Origin: Sedimentisphaerales bacterium
GTDB taxonomy: Bacteria > Planctomycetota > Phycisphaerae > Sedimentisphaerales > SM23-30
Direction: 5' to 3' (one strand)
Length of the DNA stretch: 64,000 nucleotides
Assembly (NCBI GenBank): GCA_963666285.1
Contig: OY762711.1
Shown: positions 28,040 to 38,943 of the stretch, piece by piece
How the letters are laid out: every line of letters starts with the position of its first letter
How positions within the stretch are numbered: position 1 is the first letter of the stretch
Notes under the pieces: model-generated
What the model was told of the DNA's origin: nothing
Database searches by the model: none
What the model saw: only the letters and a program-made list of their open reading frames with translations
Position numbers and translations under genes: made by a program

Positions 28040-31000
28040 CTATTGAATTTTAACATTATCGATCCAGACATATTTATATATCCTTTGACCATTTTCGTCA
28101 TAACTCCAGCTACCTTCATAATCCTGAGAGAATTCCCATTTAAAGGAATGCAGACCATCGGTAACAGGGAACGATACCAATTGCCAGTCAAGATTGCCGG
28201 ACCATTGTCCCTGCAGGCAATCATCGATATAGAAATTCAGAGAGTCCCAGGTTTCTTCAGTAGATGTCTTAACTGCAAAGCTGATGTTGTCGCAGAAGGT
28301 AGTATCCAAATCAATATATATAATACTGCGTTGCGGTTCCTGCCAGGCAGAACTTCTTGACTTAAGGCAATAACTTCCTTCATAGGGCAAATAAGCAATT
28401 ACTTCCCACCTGGAATTAATGAATTGGAAATCTGAAGATTGAAGATTTATATTTTCGAAATCTTCGCTAAAGGAATTATCAATATTATTAAAGAGAAGCC
28501 ATTGATTAGTAAACTCAGTCAGATCGAGGATATCGACAATAGTGTCATCATTCAGATCTGCAGCACTGCACGGCATAGCCTGGCTACATCCTGAGGCCAG
28601 CCAGTATTGAGACAATAGAGCAAACTCATCCATATTTACGGTTTCGACAATATTGATTTTTACCGGAATAGTAATATCGGCACCATGATCCAGGGAAACA
28701 ACAATTTCACTTTCATTAATACCAACAGGCAGTGAACCTGAGTCAATATTGACATTGACCTGCTGAGATTGGCCCAGAGCAGTAATAGTACCAGCCTGAG
28801 GAGTAAACGATGTCTGCCATGGGCAATTTGAACCAGTATCAACAGTCCAGTTAACAGCATGAGAAGAAACGGATAACAGGTTCAAATCAACCGCTGCAGA
28901 GCCACCTTCGGGCAATGTAATTTCGAGCGTGTTCGGAAGGACTACGCAACCCTGCCAGGTAAGTACCGGATAAAAACCGTCAGGCAGATACCAGCCAGCC
29001 GGTAAGGAACCACTAAGATCCCATCCAGCATCAGTAAAGGTAGCCATATCCTGCATTTGTATTGAAGTGCAGCCTGTCCCGCCAAAGCTTGAAGCCTGGC
29101 CAGAAGTCTGGGTGTCCCAGAAGCAGCTCTCGGTTATACTTTCAATACTATCACCACAGAAACCGCCAATAAGGTTGGTAGCGGCTTCGCTGGAAACAAT
29201 CCCCGTAGAATAACAGGCATAAATACCGGAGAAATCATTGAATCCGCAGAAACCGCCGATCGAAGATGAATCGCCCATCCCATTTGCTTTACCGGTCGCA
29301 AAGCAGTTTTCGATAATACCTTCACTGTTTGAACCGCAGAAACCACCAATGTTATTTTCACCCGAGACATTTCCCACAGCAAAAGAGTAAGTAATATTAC
29401 CGCCGTAATTTTCACCACACAGCCCACCAATAAACTGCGAATAATCACCGCCAATAATAGTGACAGCGGCACATGAACTATCAATGATCCCATTGGCAGC
29501 ATTATAACCACAAATACCGCCAATATAATCGGAACCTTCTGGACAATTTATTGTGCCGGCAGTATAACAGTTTTGAATTGAACCACCGCAGTTCTTTCCA
29601 CAAATTATACCAATATTATATGATCTAATACCTGCATGAATAGTAAAGTTTTCCAGGCCAAGATTCTGCACTAATGCAGTTGGGCCCAACTCACCAAACA
29701 AACCCAGGTAGTCACAATCAAGCTGATCTGGATCAATGGTAAGATTTTTGATAACATGACCGTCACCATCAAACACAGCGTTGAATTGAGCCCCCTGGAA
29801 AAATGATTTTACCCTATCATTATCAGGTGAAACCGGGGCAGAAATGAAAGTGTGTCCTTCAAGGTCGAGATCGCAAGTAAGCTTAACATATACACCTTCG
29901 GACCAGTATAATGAATCATTATCAGGATTTCTAAACATATAGAAATCAGAAATATCGTTAATCAGGTAGGGCGAGCTTTCCGTACCGGAACCTGCCAGTA
30001 CCTGAGTTGTACCAAAAGATAATGTGAGATTTACTGAGACACCAACAGCAACAGCACTGCCAGCCGAATATGATTGAGCTATAACAAGATTTTCCGGAAT
30101 CGTATCAGAATAGTCATAACTGATATTGCCTACAACAAAACCATTGTCAGATAAAAGGTCGACGGCATCAGAAAAGCTTAGATTAGTAAGATCAGGCATT
30201 AATACAAAATCAGCCTGCCAGGACAATACCGGATAATCTTCCATAGCCCAGATATCTTCTATACCATTATCAGTTTCGATTATCAGATCCCAACCGGCAT
30301 CAAGGTAGGTGTTGATGTCCTGCATCTCAGTTGTAGTTTTGCCAATAGCACCAAAGTTATCGGTATCAGATGTACTCAAACTTTCTTTGTCAATATCCCA
30401 AAAACAATTACTCACAGCCTCATCGCCTACCATGCCAGCACCGATCATACCTCCAGTATTTTTCCAGCCAGATACAGAACCAGCCGCATAACAATTATGA
30501 ATTTCACCTGTAAGCGTACCAATCCCCCCCCCGGTATTTTCATGTCCAATTACTGAGCCCATCGAGTAACAATTACTTATAACCCCACTATTTGAACCAA
30601 CAAGTCCACCAGTATTTTCATCCCTACCTGCCACATCACCAGAACTACAACTAGTATTAACAAGTCCACTATTAGTACCACAAAGACCTCCGATGCTGTT
30701 TATACCTTTAATATCAACATCTGAACTGCAATTTGATATATCCCCACCGTTATTCACTCCTACAATCCCACCTATGACGGCGTAACCCAAAATATCTCCT
30801 GACGCAGAACAACCTGTTATTTTGCCAAAATTTTCCCCGGCAATTGCACCGACATATGTTTTCCCAGTAATGCAACCCTCAAAAGAAGAATCAATAATAC
30901 TGCCATAATTTCTTTGTGCCAAACCACCAACATTAATCCCATCTGGAGCATAAATGAAACCAGAAACATGACAGTTTATGATGCTGCCATTATTTCTTTG

Positions 31001-32500
31001 TGCCAAACCACTAACATTAATCCCATCTGGTGAATAAATAAAACCAGAAACATGACAGTTTATGATGCTGCCATTATTTTCATTAGCTATTACACCGGAA
31101 GCACCTGTTGCCATAACATCCTTTACGATCAGATTTTTGATCGTGCCTGAAAAATTAAAAAACAGTGAAGGTGAATACGAACTTATTGAATGGCCATTTC
31201 CATCAAATTCGCCTATGAAAGAATCTTTTGAAAAATAACACTTCGAAGAATCAACATCAATCATCAATTCATAGTATCCTGATCGAAGATGTGGATTACT
31301 GCAAAACTCATTTACATCATCAATACTATCAATAATGAACGGGGCATCCTTATACCCGGTACCAGTTAGTGTAGTTGAAATTGAATCCAGAAAATATGGC
31401 GGCTCAAACCCTGGAGAATCCTGCCAGTATAATCTAGGCATATAGCCAGGTTCGATCACCCAAAAGTCATCTATTCCATCAGAAGAATCGCCGGTAAAAT
31501 CAAAGCCGACAAAACTGGCTTTATCCTGCAGCTGCTGATCATCAAGAGCTACACCATATCCATTATCGCAGCAGGTGAATTTATAAAAATAACAATTATC
31601 GATCGCACTGCTTGATCCAACATCACCAACAAACCCTCCATTAATAACTCTACCGGTACAATAACAGCAAGACACTGTACCATAATTTTTATAGACCAAA
31701 CTCCCAATTTCCCTGGAATAACAGTTTGAAATAATACCACCATCATAATTAGAATGTACCATTCCATCCGGAGTAAAGCAGCAGGAAATATTTCCATAAT
31801 TTCTATAGACCAGATCACAACCATCTGTTTTGTCACCATTGAAATAGCAATTAGCCACACTGCCATAGTTTGTACCGATAAGCCCACAGCCACCATAGAC
31901 ATTTGCACTTGAAAAGCAACCTGTCACATCACCATAGTTTGTGTAAATAAGCCCATCACCACCAGAAACAGTTCCCTTAGAAGAACAATTAGTAATAGTG
32001 CCATAATTTACTACTGCCAAAACTCCAGCACGATATGAATTGCCTATAGCAATATTTTCAATAGTCAGATCACTTACAGAACCCGTTTCTGATATTTTAC
32101 CAAATAGCCCTACATAAGTATTACCAACTGAAGCATTAATATTAATGTTGCTAATACAATAACCATTGCCGTCGAAATGTCCGGCAAACGGTGTGCCCTT
32201 GTAGTCAATGTTCGACACAGTATTTAAATCCGGAGCAATTATTGCTTTTGAATATACAATATTCGGATCGATTGAGATATCTGTCATTAACTCGATATGA
32301 GTATTTTCCAGACAATATGCATTAGGGTCACTAGCGAATTCCTGCAGATCGGCAAAGTCTTCGATGAGGAATGGGTAGCTGGCGGAGCCGTCAGTGAGTG
32401 GCTGGGTTGCCAGGCCCAAATCGCCGTTGACAGCGAAGAGGTTACATGTTAAGACAGATAAAATAGATAACATCATTAAAGTAAATATTGAACTTCTCAT
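28040..32500 (-). CDS. Large exported GLUG-motif beta-helix protein with PASTA, Ig-like and dockerin-like domains
   Basis: Signal peptide; three G.G....PY/FLI...FDG.G modules with GGL.G repeats; PASTA (MPDLTNLS...VIAQS); DLNDDTIVDILDL..F..QWL. Confidence 0.85.
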   Translation of the reverse strand: MRSSIFTLMMLSILSVLTCNLFAVNGDLGLATQPLTDGSASYPFLIEDFADLQEFASDPNAYCLENTHIELMTDISIDPNIVYSKAIIAPDLNTVSNIDYKGTPFAGHFDGNGYCISNININASVGNTYVGLFGKISETGSVSDLTIENIAIGNSYRAGVLAVVNYGTITNCSSKGTVSGGDGLIYTNYGDVTGCFSSANVYGGCGLIGTNYGSVANCYFNGDKTDGCDLVYRNYGNISCCFTPDGMVHSNYDGGIISNCYSREIGSLVYKNYGTVSCCYCTGRVINGGFVGDVGSSSAIDNCYFYKFTCCDNGYGVALDDQQLQDKASFVGFDFTGDSSDGIDDFWVIEPGYMPRLYWQDSPGFEPPYFLDSISTTLTGTGYKDAPFIIDSIDDVNEFCSNPHLRSGYYELMIDVDSSKCYFSKDSFIGEFDGNGHSISSYSPSLFFNFSGTIKNLIVKDVMATGASGVIANENNGSIINCHVSGFIYSPDGINVSGLAQRNNGSIINCHVSGFIYAPDGINVGGLAQRNYGSIIDSSFEGCITGKTYVGAIAGENFGKITGCSASGDILGYAVIGGIVGVNNGGDISNCSSDVDIKGINSIGGLCGTNSGLVNTSCSSGDVAGRDENTGGLVGSNSGVISNCYSMGSVIGHENTGGGIGTLTGEIHNCYAAGSVSGWKNTGGMIGAGMVGDEAVSNCFWDIDKESLSTSDTDNFGAIGKTTTEMQDINTYLDAGWDLIIETDNGIEDIWAMEDYPVLSWQADFVLMPDLTNLSFSDAVDLLSDNGFVVGNISYDYSDTIPENLVIAQSYSAGSAVAVGVSVNLTLSFGTTQVLAGSGTESSPYLINDISDFYMFRNPDNDSLYWSEGVYVKLTCDLDLEGHTFISAPVSPDNDRVKSFFQGAQFNAVFDGDGHVIKNLTIDPDQLDCDYLGLFGELGPTALVQNLGLENFTIHAGIRSYNIGIICGKNCGGSIQNCYTAGTINCPEGSDYIGGICGYNAANGIIDSSCAAVTIIGGDYSQFIGGLCGENYGGNITYSFAVGNVSGENNIGGFCGSNSEGIIENCFATGKANGMGDSSSIGGFCGFNDFSGIYACYSTGIVSSEAATNLIGGFCGDSIESITESCFWDTQTSGQASSFGGTGCTSIQMQDMATFTDAGWDLSGSLPAGWYLPDGFYPVLTWQGCVVLPNTLEITLPEGGSAAVDLNLLSVSSHAVNWTVDTGSNCPWQTSFTPQAGTITALGQSQQVNVNIDSGSLPVGINESEIVVSLDHGADITIPVKINIVETVNMDEFALLSQYWLASGCSQAMPCSAADLNDDTIVDILDLTEFTNQWLLFNNIDNSFSEDFENINLQSSDFQFINSRWEVIAYLPYEGSYCLKSRSSAWQEPQRSIIYIDLDTTFCDNISFAVKTSTEETWDSLNFYIDDCLQGQWSGNLDWQLVSFPVTDGLHSFKWEFSQDYEGSWSYDENGQRIYKYVWIDNVKIQ

Positions 32501-33186
32501 ATTAATAACTCCCTTATTATTTTATTTTTTGGCAGTTTTGCTGTTTATTTCGGTAAAAGCCGACCTGTTTTTTATGGCGCAAGTTTTATGGAGTGATTTC
32601 AGGCGGGTGTTTCCAGAATCCTTTTATGTGCGATATAACAGTTATCAATTTTGGCATTGACACTCTATCAGGCAAACAGCATCAATACTCAATTTGTATA
32701 ATAAATTGTACTTCGGCAATGATAAATTGACCACAGATAATTGAATAAAAAATATTATTTTTCTTATCGGTCTAAAACTATACAAAGATAACTTTGTTAT
32801 TTGTCCGGGTAGTTCAGCTTGCAGCTGAGAAGAGAACTTATCAGGCAGTGTTGAAAAAATACAACATTCGTTGCTACCGGCATATCCGGCAATAGCGGAA
32901 TTACGAAATATAATGACTTATAACCTGTTTTATAATTTTAAGTTACGCTGATAAATATAATAGACCTGTAATCCATAATTAAAAGGAACCGGATTTGCAC
33001 GTATAAGGTATGCGGCATAATTTTGCCTCATGAAATATAAATGTAATAAGAGAGAATAGCCAAGTAGTATGCCTGGCTAAACAGGGTATTTGAGTATTAA
33101 TCATATTAATGGTGCAAACTAAAGCATTTGCAGCAAACTCAAACCCAAACAGGTAACAAATAGATATACCAACAGGAGTATGGGGA

Positions 33187-33549
33187 ATGGAAAACAGACA
33201 GAAATTACTGTGTGTATTTTTAAGGATTTTGTTGATTTCTATAATCACTGGTCCGATAACTATATCGCTGACGGGGTGTTCAGCAAAAAAAAATCAGCTA
33301 AATACATTATCTAAAAGAGATTATCTGCCTAATTTTTACAGTTCAAATTTTGTATTCAGCGATTCGGGACCGGGAATATCAAACCAGTTTGCAAGAGAGC
33401 AGTGGCCATCGAGCCCTGAAGCGACAAGAGACGTAAAGTCAACTCATACAAGGACTTACACCTACAGCAACAATTCCGGTCACACGGATTCTCGCGGTCG
33501 ATTACATCAGAATTTTAGCTATCGTACTGTCACTAATAGTGTTAAGTAA
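33187..33549 (+). CDS. Hypothetical lipoprotein
   Basis: Hydrophobic leader ending in the lipobox LTGC. Confidence 0.55.
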   Translation: MENRQKLLCVFLRILLISIITGPITISLTGCSAKKNQLNTLSKRDYLPNFYSSNFVFSDSGPGISNQFAREQWPSSPEATRDVKSTHTRTYTYSNNSGHTDSRGRLHQNFSYRTVTNSVK

Positions 33550-33878
33550 AAAAAAATAGCAATTTTTTTTTGTTTTTCTATTAACTTTCGCTATAATAAA
33601 TAGTTAAGTTCAAAGAAGGTTAATGTCGATATTGTTGCAGCATCCGTATGATGCAGAGAAAGAATTTTCAAGAGAAACAATGCAACTTTGCGACAGACTT
33701 TTTTTGAGAAAATATGCTTGCTGACAGGAAGTCTCTGTAATATACTGAATTACAGGAAATATCTAATCAAAAAGGATAAGTCGTCCAGGGATGGAATTGT
33801 GATTTCTCTTGGATATTCATTAAGAATTTCAGGATTAATTTTGGTTTATTTTAATTTGCTTATTGGAGAGCTTTCGAA

Positions 33879-34238
33879 ATGGCAACTATAACCAAGAAGG
33901 AACTTATCGATCAGATATCAGAAAAAACTGGTACAAAAAGGGTTGTGGTTAAGAAAATCATTCAGCAGTTCCTGGACGATGTAATCGACGAACTATCAAA
34001 AGACAACCGTTTAGAGTTTCGCGACTTTGGTGTCTTTGAAACAAAACATCGTGCAGCGCGGGTAGCACAGAATCCTAAGACCTTGGAAAGAGTTCAGGTT
34101 CCGCCTAAACGTACAGTAAAATTCAAGGTTGGCCGAATGATGAAAATGCGTCTGGCAGAACAAGATCAGCAGGAAGCAGCCAGCCTACAGGCACAGTCTG
34201 ATTCCATGCCTGCTGAGCAGACTCCTCCCCAGATGTAA
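33879..34238 (+). CDS. HU/IHF-family DNA-binding protein
   Basis: ITKKELI, LEFRDFGVF, AQNPKT, VKFK. Confidence 0.95.
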   Translation: MATITKKELIDQISEKTGTKRVVVKKIIQQFLDDVIDELSKDNRLEFRDFGVFETKHRAARVAQNPKTLERVQVPPKRTVKFKVGRMMKMRLAEQDQQEAASLQAQSDSMPAEQTPPQM

Positions 34239-34514
34239 TCAAAGAGAAATATATATCACTTTTTCAGCCCAGTCGGCATAATGTGACGACTGAGCTGACT
34301 AAATGGTATTATTCCATTTTTATTGTTTGTTCGCTGTTGCGCTTAAAAACAAATCAATAAGCATTATGCAATAGCTCTAATAAGCAGAGACGTACACATC
34401 ACATCATTTCGATATAATACTCAAACATCCAAAGTATTATATTAGAGCAACTTATGTTTCCTTACTCCATGAGTATGGTCTCATTGTCTATTTTAAATCA
34501 GGCATATCGACATA

Positions 34515-35115
34515 ATCACGCACGCCTCCTGCATAGCAGGAGGTCTGAGGAAGGCCCCTAAAAGGGGCCGTTGGGTTCACTTACTTCAAATTATCTTCAT
34601 TACGGTCTTTTATTAGTTGATTCTTGACATAATTCCTTATTACTTCAATGTCAAGTCCAACTGTACTTACATTATAACCTCGAGACCAAAAGCTCCTTCC
34701 AAACAAGTTACCTTGATGGCGATCAAGTAGCCTGTTTATGCGGATAGCACTTTTGCCCTTCAAAAAACCTATCGCCATTGCAATACTATACTTAGGCGGA
34801 ACACTTAAAACCATATGAACATGATCCTTAGCTAAGTTTCCCTCTATTAGTACAATATCCTTTTGACGACATAATTCTCGCAATATCTCTCTAATCTGAG
34901 TGCGATTCCTTTTAAACCTTTCTATCCTACGATATTTTGGTACCATTACTATATGATACTTACAGTCCCATTTGACATGGGATTGACTTCGCCAGTCTTT
35001 CATTTTGGTTCTCCTTTCGCCCCTTCCAGGGCCTTCCGGAGAACCATTTTATACGCTTACTACGGCAAAGCCTTATAAATTCTCACCGGCAAAGCCGGTG
35101 GTTTACGCGGTTACA
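34515..35115 (-). mobile_element. IS200-type element (tnpA only; ends approximate)
   Basis: Hairpins CCTCCTGC-ATA-GCAGGAGG (34525-34543), GGCCCCT-AAA-AGGGGCC (34553-34569) and CACCGGC-AAA-GCCGGTG (35084-35100) flanking tnpA. Confidence 0.75.
34581..35003 (-). CDS. tnpA: IS200/IS605 Y1 HUH transposase
   Basis: YHIVMVPKYR, DHVHM (HUH), LKGKS, FWSRGY, YVKNQ. Confidence 0.95.
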   Translation of the reverse strand: MKDWRSQSHVKWDCKYHIVMVPKYRRIERFKRNRTQIREILRELCRQKDIVLIEGNLAKDHVHMVLSVPPKYSIAMAIGFLKGKSAIRINRLLDRHQGNLFGRSFWSRGYNVSTVGLDIEVIRNYVKNQLIKDRNEDNLK

Positions 35116-35403
35116 ATTAGTTGTCATTGATAGTTTTGAGTAAATAGTTATTGTTTGCATTATCTGTACAACCATTAAAACCCAATCCAAAAATATCATT
35201 TTGTTTATCATTCCACGATATTATTCTGGTATTTTTACGGATAATTTTATACAATTAGCGCCTGGTATGGAAAGTGTTGTATGCCTTGCAACAGGGTGTA
35301 CAATAAGAATAATACAGCTTGTTATCCTGTTATAATTTATGATAACAAAATATAAGAGTTGTATATAATAACAACACAGACAGGACAATCAGGAGCATCC
35401 CCC

Positions 35404-35661
35404 ATGGCGCAGGGCGTCGTAAAGTGGTTCAACAATAAAAAAGGATTTGGTTTTATCCAGGGTCCCGAAGGTGGTCCAGACATTTTTGTTCATTTTAGCG
35501 AGATTTCCGGTGAAGGTTTTCGTAAACTTCACGAAGGAGACACAGTTTCATATGATGAAGCTCAAGGCGAAATGGGACCAAAAGCAGTAAATATAGTAAA
35601 AGTTGACTCAGAACAAGAAGCTGAACAACAAGAACCCGCATCAAGTGTTGAAAAACAGTAA
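35404..35661 (+). CDS. Cold-shock domain protein
   Basis: GVVKWFNNKKGFGFI, DIFVHFS; AGGAG SD before ATG 35404. Confidence 0.95.
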   Translation: MAQGVVKWFNNKKGFGFIQGPEGGPDIFVHFSEISGEGFRKLHEGDTVSYDEAQGEMGPKAVNIVKVDSEQEAEQQEPASSVEKQ

Positions 35662-35749
35662 ATTCCCTCCTTTTAACTATAAATCTATAAAGCAATTTGT
35701 GTAATAGATTCATATCATTATCATTGACGGTAATCTGTATATACATACA

Positions 35750-36901
35750 ATGAGTCAAATGGCTCAAGATAATATAAAGATATTTATAAGTGCAGCAGAG
35801 GTAAGCGGCGATCATCATGCCGCGAGGCTAATGCGTCAATTCACAAAGGATGGGAAGCAAATAGAATGGCACGGCCTGGGCGGCGAAGCAATGGAAGCCG
35901 CAGGGTGTACCCTTTTAGATAACCCGGTAAGCCGAAGTGCAATGCTGGCTCATGCCTTTGGCCAAATCGGCTATTACTGGAATTTGCTGGCAAAGGTCAA
36001 AAAACACTTGGCTGAAACCCGTCCTCAATTAGTAATAACGGTCGATTCTCCGGCATGGAATATTCATATAATCAAAGCCGCCAAAAAGCTTGGCATCCCG
36101 ACAATGCAGTATGTAGCTCCGCAGTTATGGGCATGGGCACCATGGCGAGCGTCAAAATGGCGAAACAATGCAGATAAAATAGCATGTGTTTTACCATTTG
36201 AACCAGACTGGTTTGCTGCCAAAAACATATCAGCAGAATTTGTAGGCCATCCATTATTTGACGACCGGCCAGAATTTGTGCCTGCAGCATCACAGGAAAA
36301 CGATAACGAAGAAGAAAGCAAGCAGCTAACAGTTGCACTTCTGCCAGGTTCACGAAAAGCTGAAATTGAGGAACTATGGCGACCGATGCTGGAAATAGCA
36401 AAAAATCTGTCCAAAAAATTCGATTCAATCACTTTTCTTACAGCAGCTGCAAATGATAAAATCGCCTCACAATTAACTCAGGACATACCAGATGAGATTT
36501 CTCTTGAGCTGTGTAAAGAAGGGCTCATAGAAGCAACAGCCCGTGCAGACCTGGCAATAATAGCTTCCGGGACAGCCACACTCGAAACTGCGGTGGCAGG
36601 TTGCCCGATGATAGTGCTGTACCATGTACCAGGTTGGCAGTGGCACCTGGTAGGAAAGCATATCCTGACAGTAAATCATATTTCACTGGTAAATATACTG
36701 GCAAACAAACAGCTGGTACCCGAATTTGTGCCATTTGCCAGTCGAACAAAGGAAGTTACCGAAACGGCAACAGCGTTATTGAATAACCCTGCCAAGTTAG
36801 AAGTAATACGAAAAGAACTTAAAAAGCTTACCAGGCCACTGGCGGAAAATACAGCTTCAGAAAATACCGCCAGGTTAGCTTATGATTTGATTGGTATATA
36901 G
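35750..36901 (+). CDS. lpxB: Lipid-A-disaccharide synthase
   Basis: AEVSGD, VDSP, PQLWAW, FVGHPL, LLPGSR, SGTATLE. Confidence 0.93.
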   Translation: MSQMAQDNIKIFISAAEVSGDHHAARLMRQFTKDGKQIEWHGLGGEAMEAAGCTLLDNPVSRSAMLAHAFGQIGYYWNLLAKVKKHLAETRPQLVITVDSPAWNIHIIKAAKKLGIPTMQYVAPQLWAWAPWRASKWRNNADKIACVLPFEPDWFAAKNISAEFVGHPLFDDRPEFVPAASQENDNEEESKQLTVALLPGSRKAEIEELWRPMLEIAKNLSKKFDSITFLTAAANDKIASQLTQDIPDEISLELCKEGLIEATARADLAIIASGTATLETAVAGCPMIVLYHVPGWQWHLVGKHILTVNHISLVNILANKQLVPEFVPFASRTKEVTETATALLNNPAKLEVIRKELKKLTRPLAENTASENTARLAYDLIGI

Positions 36902-37222
36902 GTAACGGTAACTAAAGGATAGGACCCTATTGAGCCGGTAAGCTGTCTTGTTGAGTACATATGATGGACAGGCCGCAACCAAAGAAAGGTATGATGTATT
37001 TGGTGGCAGATATCTGGGAAGGAAATGTTTTCGGCGAAACCATTTATTGCTAGATGCCACATGAGTCATCCTTTTTTTGAAATGTTATAATTAAACATAT
37101 AGTAATACCTTACAAATGCCTTTGTCTAAATCGACACAGAAAAATAAGAATTGATGGTTAGGAATTAAGATTAAGATTACTAACCTCGACCAGCAAACGA
37201 ATATAATCCCGGAGTATATACC

Positions 37223-37834
37223 TTGGAAAGACTACAACTGTTTATAAGCATATTTATCCAGATGTTTGCCCTGTTAAGTCCATTCGGGGTAACATTTTTC
37301 TTTGTAAGCAATACCAAAGACTTTACCCCTGAAGCCAGATTTCAGGCGGCCAAGCGGGCAACAATTGCAATATTCGTTTCAACGTTCCTGATTTTCATGT
37401 TTGGCAATATCCTGCTGGATGTATTTGGCATCACATTGGCGGCATTTCGGATAGGAGCCGGTATTATACTTTTACTGAATTCGATCTCAATAGTAAGAGG
37501 AACGAAATTTTACGAGACATCAGCAACCAATGCAGCAGATTTTGCAGTTGTTCCATTTGCAATCCCATTTACGGTCGGTCCGGGCATTATAGGTTATCTC
37601 ATGGTATTAAGTGCCGAAACGACAAATAATTTCGACCGGGTATTGGTGTTGTTTTCTTTAACAATAGTAATTACAATAATTTCTATCATGATCTTTAATA
37701 GTGAAAAATACAGCAGAATAATCGGTCCCCGAATAATGTCTGTAATAGATAAATTGTTTGGTCTGATACTAAGTGCGATGGCCGCCCAAATTATATTTGA
37801 CGGTATAAGACATTATCTAGGTAAACCCTTATAA
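37223..37834 (+). CDS. MarC-family membrane protein
   Basis: FGITLAAFRIGAGI, VVPFAIP..VGPG, GLILSAMA.Q. Confidence 0.9.
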   Translation: MERLQLFISIFIQMFALLSPFGVTFFFVSNTKDFTPEARFQAAKRATIAIFVSTFLIFMFGNILLDVFGITLAAFRIGAGIILLLNSISIVRGTKFYETSATNAADFAVVPFAIPFTVGPGIIGYLMVLSAETTNNFDRVLVLFSLTIVITIISIMIFNSEKYSRIIGPRIMSVIDKLFGLILSAMAAQIIFDGIRHYLGKPL

Positions 37835-37887
37835 TTACAATAGCAACATAAACATAATCATATATTTACACGAAGAAGGAAGAAACT

Positions 37888-38937
37888 ATGACTAATGGAA
37901 ATGATAACCAACCGCCAAGAAACTACAATCCGTATGCAGCAGCTCCTGCCCCTGTTTATGTGCCGGGAGCAGCCAACGGCGACAAGCCCAAGCGGTCATT
38001 TCTGGGCGGCTTGTTCAGGTTTATATCCAAGCTGGTCTCTCTGGCAATAGCCGGTATGATATTTATAAGTATAATCGGCGTCATTGCGATTTTATCGGGC
38101 GGTATGCAGCCTGTTATTATCCAGGACGGCGATCCATTAAACCAGATCGCGGTTATAGAGCTAAACAATATAATCAATATGGATAATGCAAAAAAAATGA
38201 ACGTTCTGCTCAAAAATGCCGCACACGACACAAAAATAAAAGGGGTAATAATTTCGGTAAACTGTCCCGGCGGTATGGTAGCTCCATCAGATATGATCGC
38301 ACATGACATTGAACTGTTTAAACAGAAAACGGACAAACCTGTTTATGTGTCAGTACAGCAGCTATCAGCCAGCGGAGCATACTGGGCCACTGCCGGGTGC
38401 GACAAGATATTCGCCCAGCCAAATTCCATGGTCGGCAGTATAGGTGTGATCTATAATAACCTGGTAGTGAAAGATACTCTCGATAAAATTGGTGTCGCTC
38501 CTGTGGTAATAAAATCTTCCAAGTCGCCAATGAAAGATACCGGCAGCATGTACCGTATGCCAACAGAAGAAGAAATAGCGGATATCCAGAGAGATATTGA
38601 CAAAACTCATGACAGGTTTATCGAAAAAGTAGCCGAGGGCAGAGCAATGTCAAAAGAAGCTGTTATCGAGTGCGCCACAGGTAATGTCTATGACGGAGTC
38701 GAAGCACTGGAAAAAGGTTTAATCGACGAGATTGGTTTTTTGGAAGACGATGTAATCATTGCATTAAGAAATGAACTAAATCTTTTCGATCCACAAGTTA
38801 TCAAACTTCAGCCAATGCCGTCATTCAAAGAGATGCTGACAGGGGCACAAGCCAAGGTTAAAAGCCTCGACATACATCAGCAGTTTATCGACCTGGCAAC
38901 CCAGCCGAAGATACAGGCGATCTGGATGGGCAATTAG
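37888..38937 (+). CDS. sppA: Signal peptide peptidase SppA (S49)
   Basis: NCPGG, ASGAYW, GSIGV, GLIDEIG; N-terminal TM. Confidence 0.92.
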   Translation: MTNGNDNQPPRNYNPYAAAPAPVYVPGAANGDKPKRSFLGGLFRFISKLVSLAIAGMIFISIIGVIAILSGGMQPVIIQDGDPLNQIAVIELNNIINMDNAKKMNVLLKNAAHDTKIKGVIISVNCPGGMVAPSDMIAHDIELFKQKTDKPVYVSVQQLSASGAYWATAGCDKIFAQPNSMVGSIGVIYNNLVVKDTLDKIGVAPVVIKSSKSPMKDTGSMYRMPTEEEIADIQRDIDKTHDRFIEKVAEGRAMSKEAVIECATGNVYDGVEALEKGLIDEIGFLEDDVIIALRNELNLFDPQVIKLQPMPSFKEMLTGAQAKVKSLDIHQQFIDLATQPKIQAIWMGN

Positions 38938-38943
38938 AGTGAA

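Noticed and set aside
34515..35115. TnpB/omega-RNA associated with tnpA
   Set aside because: No tnpB ORF; the end hairpins lie directly around tnpA, consistent with a plain IS200.
36917..37030. SAM-I riboswitch (GCAACC..AAGGT)
   Set aside because: The ATCAAGAG/GAGGGA core and the GTGC..ATTCC elements are missing.
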